A stretch of 30,952 bases of DNA from a virus (Duplodnaviria; Caudoviricetes). The DNA lies in IMG/VR virus record IMGVR_UViG_3300030207_001297, positions 1 to 30,952 of that record; one strand, 5' to 3'. Position 1 is the first letter of the stretch. The number at the start of each line of letters is the position of its first letter. Below are positions 25,346 through 30,952 of the stretch, piece after piece. A model generated the notes under the pieces. It did no database searches and had not been told where the DNA came from. It was given only the letters and a program-made list of their open reading frames with translations. A program made the translations under genes and the position numbers.

Positions 25346-27391
25346 ATGACAGATATAAAAACAGACAGTGAATTAGCTGCACATTTAGAATCAGAAATAC
25401 AAAATGCTACAGGGCATATGAATAGCGAACTCTCTAGTCAGAGAGAAGATTCTATGAAATATTACCTTGGTGAGAAATTTGGTAATGAGATTGATGGCAG
25501 GTCAGAAATAGTTACAACAGATGTTAGGGATACTGTGGAATACATTATGCCTAGCTTGATGAGAATATTTACAACCCATAACAATATTGCTGAGTTTGAA
25601 CCTGAAGGACCTGAAGATGTGCAAGTTGCACAACAAGCTACCGACTACTGCAACTATGTATTTAATCGTCAAAATAACGGCTTTAAGGTCCTCTACGATG
25701 CCTTTAAGGATGCACTCATAAGCAAGACTGGTATAGTCAAACACTATTGGGAACAGAAAAGAGAGTTGGTTAAAGAAAGTTATACCAATTTAACAGAGAT
25801 TGAGTACCAATCTATATTAGCAAATGATGATTTAGAGGTAGTTGAACACACCGAAAACCTAGAACAGAAAGAACAAGTAGATGATTTTGGTAATTTAGTT
25901 TCACCAAAGATAGTTTCGCATGATGTAACTGTAATGAACAACAAAGTTCATGGGCAAGTTAAGGTTTTATCTGTACCACCTGAAGAATTTTTGATTTCAA
26001 GGAGAGCAACAGACATAGAATCTGCACAATTTATTTGTCATCGAGTTAAAAAAACAGTAAGCGAATTAATTTTAGAAGGATTTGACCCCAAAGTTGTAGA
26101 TTCACTGCCATCATATTCGCAATCACAAGCAGAATTAAACGAAGAAAGACTAGCAAGGTTTAGTTATGACGATGATTCTGTACCACCTGATGAAGGAAGG
26201 GGTGCAAATAGACAGGTTTGGTTAGATGAATGTTATACCAGGGTAGATTTAGATGGAGATGGTATTGCAGAACTTAGAAAAATTACCAAAGGTGGCAATA
26301 CTATCCTTGATAATGTAGAAATAGACTACATTCCCTTCTCAGCTATCTGTCCTTTACCCATTCCCCACAAGTTTTATGGAATGTCGGTGGCAGATACAGT
26401 CAAAGATATTCAATTAATCAAATCAACTATTGTAAGAAACATATTAGACAATATGTATCTGACTAATAACGCAAGATATGCAGTATTAGCAGGGCAAGTA
26501 GAGTTAGATGACTTACTTACTAGCAGACCTGGTGGTATTGTGCGTATGCGTAGTCCAAATGCAGTAACTCCACTACCAACTCCACAGATGTCAGGCGATG
26601 CTTTCAATATGGTTAAGTATCTTGACCAAATAAGAGAAGAAAGAAGTGGTGTATCTAAGATGTCACAAGGATTAAACCCTGATGTTCTTACATCTCATGT
26701 AACTTCAGGTGCAATATCAGCAGCAACAGAGTCTGCTATGCAAAGAATTGAATTGATTGCTCGTATATTCGCAGAGACTGGTATCAAAGATGTGTTTAGA
26801 TGTATTTATCAGTTAGTGCAAAGGTATGAAGATAGACAAAAAATGGTTTTCCTTAACAATAAGTTTGTGCCAATAGATGTTTCTAAGTGGAAAGACAAAC
26901 TAAACTGCACTATTAATGTAGGTGTAGGAAGTGGTAGCCAACAAACAAAGATGCAAACGATGGGTGGTATAATGCAAATACTAAATGTATTAGTGCAACA
27001 AGGTGGTATGGGTACATTAGTTACACCACAGAACTTATACAACGCAATTAGCGAATACATAAGCCAGGCAGGATACAAAAACACTGATGCTTTTGTTTCT
27101 AACCCTGCGATGATGCCACCACCACAACCACCACAACCTACTGTTGAAGAAAAGATTGCAGCACAAAAAGGACAAATAGAATTACAGAAACTACAACTAC
27201 AAGCTGCTGAACTTGAACTAGATACCAAGTTAAAACAACAAGCACTTGAATTGAAGAAACGAGAAGCACAAGTTGATTTCTTAATTAAGCAACAAGAACT
27301 TGAAATTAAAAAACAAAAAGTAGACCAGGGTGAACTAGAGATTGCACTCGAAGCTACACAAAACAGACCTGTAGCTATAGGAGATACATAA
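25346..27391 (+). CDS. portal protein (P22-like, with C-terminal barrel)
   Basis: 681 aa after terL; DVRDTVE.IMPSLMRIF, AQQATDY.NY, PIPHKFYG; long coiled-coil C-terminus. Confidence 0.92.
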   Translation: MTDIKTDSELAAHLESEIQNATGHMNSELSSQREDSMKYYLGEKFGNEIDGRSEIVTTDVRDTVEYIMPSLMRIFTTHNNIAEFEPEGPEDVQVAQQATDYCNYVFNRQNNGFKVLYDAFKDALISKTGIVKHYWEQKRELVKESYTNLTEIEYQSILANDDLEVVEHTENLEQKEQVDDFGNLVSPKIVSHDVTVMNNKVHGQVKVLSVPPEEFLISRRATDIESAQFICHRVKKTVSELILEGFDPKVVDSLPSYSQSQAELNEERLARFSYDDDSVPPDEGRGANRQVWLDECYTRVDLDGDGIAELRKITKGGNTILDNVEIDYIPFSAICPLPIPHKFYGMSVADTVKDIQLIKSTIVRNILDNMYLTNNARYAVLAGQVELDDLLTSRPGGIVRMRSPNAVTPLPTPQMSGDAFNMVKYLDQIREERSGVSKMSQGLNPDVLTSHVTSGAISAATESAMQRIELIARIFAETGIKDVFRCIYQLVQRYEDRQKMVFLNNKFVPIDVSKWKDKLNCTINVGVGSGSQQTKMQTMGGIMQILNVLVQQGGMGTLVTPQNLYNAISEYISQAGYKNTDAFVSNPAMMPPPQPPQPTVEEKIAAQKGQIELQKLQLQAAELELDTKLKQQALELKKREAQVDFLIKQQELEIKKQKVDQGELEIALEATQNRPVAIGDT

Positions 27392-27552
27392 TGGCATTTC
27401 CTAAATACAACCCTGATTACGATAAACAACCAAGAGCAAAACTTATTTCAAAAGAAATTAAATTACTTAAATCAAAAGGGATAAAACAAAAACAAGCTGT
27501 AGCAATGGCTTTGAATATGTTTCCTAAAACAAAAAAATTACCATTGGCATGA
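27391..27552 (+). CDS. 53 aa basic protein (not in the ORF track)
   Basis: MAFPKYNPDY...QKQAVAMALN...LPLA*; AGGAG RBS; TAATG and ATGA coupling. Confidence 0.65.
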   Translation: MAFPKYNPDYDKQPRAKLISKEIKLLKSKGIKQKQAVAMALNMFPKTKKLPLA

Positions 27553-27755
27553 AAGACTTAAACGAATTAAATACAGAGATAGAACTTATTAAAAAAGATA
27601 TCCATGATATTAAAACGAATCATCTTGCACATATGGAAAAAGATATGCGAGATGTAAAGATAGAGGTGTTTAGATTTAAATACATAGCTTGGACAGCTAT
27701 CGTTATTTTTATTCTAGCGACAGATAAATTTACAGAAATATTGAGGTTAATGTAA
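27549..27755 (+). CDS. coiled-coil + C-terminal TM protein
   Basis: IKTNHLAHM coil followed by a hydrophobic helix. Confidence 0.6.
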   Translation: MKDLNELNTEIELIKKDIHDIKTNHLAHMEKDMRDVKIEVFRFKYIAWTAIVIFILATDKFTEILRLM

Positions 27756-27829
27756 TGGCACAAGGATACGGAAATAAAAAAAGTAACAAGAAAAATAAAA
27801 AAAATAATAATAAAAAAGGCAAGTGTTAA
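27755..27829 (+). CDS. 24 aa Lys/Asn-rich peptide (not in the ORF track)
   Basis: MAQGYGNKKSNKKNKKNNNKKGKC*; TAATG overlaps at both ends; GAGGT RBS. Confidence 0.55.
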   Translation: MAQGYGNKKSNKKNKKNNNKKGKC

Positions 27830-27999
27830 TGGGAGCAGGGACTAAACATTATTTTAAAACAGGTAAAGAATACAAAGGTGCAGTGCATAAGATGCCTAAT
27901 GGTTCAATTCATACAGGAAAGAATCACACCAAAACATCTAAGGTAGTTGTGCATTTTAAAGATTTATCTGATAGAGCAAAGAAGGTTGCAAAAGCATAA
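27829..27999 (+). CDS. 56 aa His/Lys-rich protein (not in the ORF track)
   Basis: MGAGTKHYFKTGKEYKGAVHKMPNGSIHTGKNHTKTSK...; TAATG at both ends. Confidence 0.65.
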   Translation: MGAGTKHYFKTGKEYKGAVHKMPNGSIHTGKNHTKTSKVVVHFKDLSDRAKKVAKA

Positions 28000-28142
28000 T
28001 GGCTAAACTATGTGCAAAAGGTAAGGCAGCAGCTAAAAGAAAATTTAAAGTATACCCTAGTGCATATGCAAATATGTACGCATCAGGAGTATGTTCAGGA
28101 AGAATCAAACCTAAGAAGAATGGCAAGAAAAAAAGGACTTAG
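27999..28142 (+). CDS. 47 aa basic protein (KFKVYPSAYAN type; not in the ORF track)
   Basis: MAKLCAKGKAAAKRKFKVYPSAYANMYASGVCSGRIKP...; TAATG start. Confidence 0.65.
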   Translation: MAKLCAKGKAAAKRKFKVYPSAYANMYASGVCSGRIKPKKNGKKKRT

Positions 28143-28371
28143 AGAATGGGTCAAAGAAAAATGGGTAGATATTGGTGCACCAAAAAAAGATGGTAAGTAT
28201 CAACCATGTGGTCGTTCTAAAGGAAGTAAAAGAAAATATCCTAAGTGCGTACCTTTAGCAAAAGCCAAGAGTATGACTGCTGCACAAAAAAGGTCTGCTG
28301 TTGCTAGGAAAAGAGCAGCAGGTAACAAAGGACCTAAACCAACTAATGTGAGAACTTTTGCAAAAAAATAA
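28120..28371 (+). CDS. basic protein (DUF5872-like)
   Basis: ATG 28120; GLREWVKEKWVDI...CGRS...YPKCVP motif. Confidence 0.65.
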   Translation: MARKKGLREWVKEKWVDIGAPKKDGKYQPCGRSKGSKRKYPKCVPLAKAKSMTAAQKRSAVARKRAAGNKGPKPTNVRTFAKK

Positions 28372-28549
28372 ATATACAAATAAAGATTTACAAAACTTAA
28401 TGTTGAAATACAGAATTTCAATCAATGAGCTATTCTTAAAAACTGGTATACCAGCAAATAAACTTAAAGGATATCTCGCTGGGAGAATAACTATACCCAC
28501 TAGCTTAGTGGATAGAATCAAGCAGATAGGAGAAATAAATGACAGATAA
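28358..28549 (+). CDS. XRE-like HTH protein
   Basis: ISINELFLKTGIPANKLKGYLAG...P HTH pattern; TTG start uncertain. Confidence 0.55.
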   Translation: MQKNKYTNKDLQNLMLKYRISINELFLKTGIPANKLKGYLAGRITIPTSLVDRIKQIGEINDR

Positions 28550-28805
28550 AGACAAACAAATAAAAGATGGGCAAGATGCTCAAATTATTTTGGATAACCC
28601 ATTAGTTATTGGAGCTTTTAATAAAATATTAAACGAAGGCTACCAACAATGGATATCAACCAAAGCTATTGATAAAGATGAAAGAGAAGCACTCTATCAT
28701 CAACAAATAGCAGCTTTAAAGTTTAAACAAGTTCTAATTAATACTATTGAAAATGGTAAGTTATTAGAAGAAGAAAGAAAACAGGAGGGTAAAGCTAATG
28801 GCTAA
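28539..28805 (+). CDS. conserved helical head-module protein
   Basis: A..ILDNP...AF...W.ST...D..EREALY motif; precedes the scaffold; AGGAG RBS. Confidence 0.65.
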   Translation: MTDKDKQIKDGQDAQIILDNPLVIGAFNKILNEGYQQWISTKAIDKDEREALYHQQIAALKFKQVLINTIENGKLLEEERKQEGKANG

Positions 28806-29844
28806 AATATCCAAAGCAACTCCTGACAACAATATACCAGTTACGGAAAGCAAACATAAAGGTATTCCTGTTACTGATGTTGCATCAGCACAGGCAGCAC
28901 TACTTGCTCAATTACAAGCTCCAGCTTCGGAACAACCTGTAGAGGAAGAAGTGCAAACAGAAGTAGAGGATAATACTTCTGAACAGGCAATGGAAAATGC
29001 CGAATCAGTTGAAGCACAAGCAGAAGATTCTAATGAATTAACTGTAGATGATTTGGATACTGACAACCAGTCTGAAGGAAACGAGACACCTCAAAACTAT
29101 ACTGTCAAAGTTGATGGTAAAGATGTTGAGGTTACCCTTGAAGAATTACAGGCAGGTTATAGTAGACAAGCTGATTACACTAGAAAAAGTCAAGTATTGG
29201 CAGAGCAACGCAAACAGATGGATGATGAACTCTTAGCGACTCAACAAGAAAGACAGCGATACTCTCATGCTTTAGAGCAATTAGGAGATTCTACTGATTT
29301 TGAAATTAATCAATTCAAAGATGTAGATTGGAATAAACTCAAAGCAGATGACCCTATGGCTTATATTCAACAGAAAGATGCTCTTAGAGATTTACAAGAC
29401 AGCAAGAATAAAATTGCTGAAGAAAAGAAAAAACTTGTAGAGCAAGAGCAAAAAGAATATGAAGCAAATATGATGAAACATCGTGAAACTCAAATACAGA
29501 TATTATCAGAAAGATTACCTGATTGGGTAGACCCTGCAAAAGGACCAAAGCTAAAACAAGATATTAAAAGTTTTGCTTTATCCAAAGGGTTTAGCGAACA
29601 GGAAATCAATATGTTAATTGATGCAAGAAGTATCGAAGTTTTAAATAATGCAATGAAATACGAAAACTTACTCAATGCTAAAATAGCTAAGAAAAAAGTT
29701 AAGACAGTACCCAAGGTAACTAAACCAGGTGCAGGTGTTTCAAAAGCAGAAGTAGATTCAGAGAAAGTAAAGCAACAACGAGCAAGACTTAAACGCACAG
29801 GCAAAGTTGGCGATGCTGCCAAAATGCTTGAAGGTTTAATCTAA
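28798..29844 (+). CDS. capsid scaffolding protein
   Basis: Acidic N-terminus, YTVKVDG.DVEVTLEEL..GYSRQADYTRK motif, coiled coil; directly before the capsid gene. Confidence 0.88.
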   Translation: MAKISKATPDNNIPVTESKHKGIPVTDVASAQAALLAQLQAPASEQPVEEEVQTEVEDNTSEQAMENAESVEAQAEDSNELTVDDLDTDNQSEGNETPQNYTVKVDGKDVEVTLEELQAGYSRQADYTRKSQVLAEQRKQMDDELLATQQERQRYSHALEQLGDSTDFEINQFKDVDWNKLKADDPMAYIQQKDALRDLQDSKNKIAEEKKKLVEQEQKEYEANMMKHRETQIQILSERLPDWVDPAKGPKLKQDIKSFALSKGFSEQEINMLIDARSIEVLNNAMKYENLLNAKIAKKKVKTVPKVTKPGAGVSKAEVDSEKVKQQRARLKRTGKVGDAAKMLEGLI

Positions 29845-29875
29845 TACTAACTTTTAACACAGAGGTGTAATACAA

Positions 29876-30817
29876 ATGGCACAATTAAGTAATACATTTG
29901 AAACCTATGATGCTGTGGGAAATAGAGAAGATTTACAAAATGTAATCTATGACATTTCCCCAACAGATACACCATTTATGTCTAGCATTGGAACTGGCAC
30001 AGCTACTTTCACTAAGCACGAATGGCAAACTGATTCACTAGCAGCAGCAGCTTCAAATGCTCAAATCGAGGGTGATGATTCACCTTCAGCAGCAATGTCA
30101 GCTACTACTCGTGTTCTCAACTATACACAGATTTCATACAAACCTGTAATGGTTTCAGGCACACAAGAAACAGTAGTTCATGCTGGTGTAAACTCAGAGT
30201 TAGCTTATCAAATAGCTAAAGCTGGTAAAGAACTTAAAAGAGATATGGAGCTAGACCTTACTGGTAAAACAGCAGCTACTGCTGGTTCAGGTAATGGTGG
30301 AGCTGCTCGTAAGTCAAGAGGTTTTGAATCTTGGACTACAACTAACAACTCTTATGGTTCAGGTGGTTCAAACTCATCAGGTACTGTCACTGACGGAACT
30401 CAAAGAGTTTTAACTGAAGCATTACTCAAAACAGAAATGAAAAGCTGTTTTGATAATGGTGGTAACCCTGACCTACTATTAGTAGGTTCATTCAACAAAC
30501 AAAAAGTATCAGGATTTACTGGTAACTCAACTCGTATGGACATGGCAGAAGATAGAAACCTAGTGGCTACTATTGATGTTTATGTTTCAGACTTCGGTGA
30601 AGTCAGAGTTGTTGCTGATAGATTCCTTCGTTCTTCAGGAAGAAGTGCTTTATTGGTTGAAACAGAAATGTTTGCGACTGGCTTTTTAAGACCTTTCCAA
30701 ACAATAGACTTAGCAAAAACTGGTGATGCTGAAAAGAGATTACTCTTAACAGAATGGACACTAGTCGCTAAAAATGAAGCAAGTTCAGCAACTATTGCAG
30801 ACTTAACAACTTCATAA
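29876..30817 (+). CDS. major capsid protein (SU10/DUF5309-like)
   Basis: GNREDL..VIYDISP.DTPF, HEWQTD.L, N.TQI, KELKRDME, YVSDFG, LAKTGDA motifs. Confidence 0.93.
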   Translation: MAQLSNTFETYDAVGNREDLQNVIYDISPTDTPFMSSIGTGTATFTKHEWQTDSLAAAASNAQIEGDDSPSAAMSATTRVLNYTQISYKPVMVSGTQETVVHAGVNSELAYQIAKAGKELKRDMELDLTGKTAATAGSGNGGAARKSRGFESWTTTNNSYGSGGSNSSGTVTDGTQRVLTEALLKTEMKSCFDNGGNPDLLLVGSFNKQKVSGFTGNSTRMDMAEDRNLVATIDVYVSDFGEVRVVADRFLRSSGRSALLVETEMFATGFLRPFQTIDLAKTGDAEKRLLLTEWTLVAKNEASSATIADLTTS

Positions 30818-30847
30818 TAAATTTCATATATCCTCTTATATATGTTA

Positions 30848-30890
30848 GGGGAGAGTTTTTACTCCTATGGTTTTCTCTCCCCACCTTTTT
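30848..30890 (+). terminator. intrinsic terminator-like hairpin after the capsid gene
   Basis: GGGGAGAG-19 nt loop-CTCTCCCC, then ACC and a T-run. Confidence 0.65.
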
Positions 30891-30899
30891 GATACCAAA

Positions 30900-30947
30900 T
30901 TAATAATGACCTTGAAGAAGGTATCGCTTCGGAACGAGGGTTATTAA
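30900..30947 (+). other. structured element (three-way junction)
   Basis: TTAATAAT/GTTATTAA outer stem, ACCTT-GAAG-AAGGT hairpin, and a C-TTCG-G capped hairpin. Confidence 0.5.
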
Positions 30948-30952
30948 CACGG

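Noticed and set aside
26809-27429. 206 aa minus-strand ORF
   Set aside because: Shadow of the Q/E/K-rich portal C-terminus.
30792-30845. Minus-strand gene starting at ATG 30827 with a GAGG RBS
   Set aside because: Only 11 codons (MKFIMKLLSLQ*), antisense to the capsid end; better explained as an antisense motif.

Overview
AT-rich (about one-third GC by eye) segment of a tailed dsDNA phage, probably a P22-like podovirus of an aquatic bacterium; the host cannot be determined from the sequence. There are three blocks. (1) + strand 1-12344: end of the tail genes, GNAT-like gene, DNA-ejection/internal virion proteins, holin-like gene, secreted/membrane proteins, DUF3310, a metallophosphoesterase and a TerS-like gene. 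(2) - strand ~23250 to 12341: an early operon driven by a perfect TTGACA-18-TATAAT promoter. It starts with small acidic anti-defence-type genes (ArdC-like, ArdA-like, candidate DNA mimics), followed by a replication initiator, Ref-like HNH, ERF, YqaJ exonuclease and a Q-like Zn-finger protein. (3) + strand 23914-30817: TerL, portal, a chain of tiny basic ORFs, scaffold and major capsid. The most striking unexplained feature is a family of six ~100-130 bp intergenic elements (plus two partial copies) at 19808-22940. Each fills the gap before an early gene and has three hairpins with compensatory base changes, an alternative mutually exclusive pairing and a conserved RBS leader, so the anti-defence genes look like a cassette array. 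The capsid 3' UTR carries sequences antisense to these same RBS leaders. No integrase, polymerase, endolysin, tRNA or CRISPR array was recognised. All family calls come from motif recognition by eye, not database searches.
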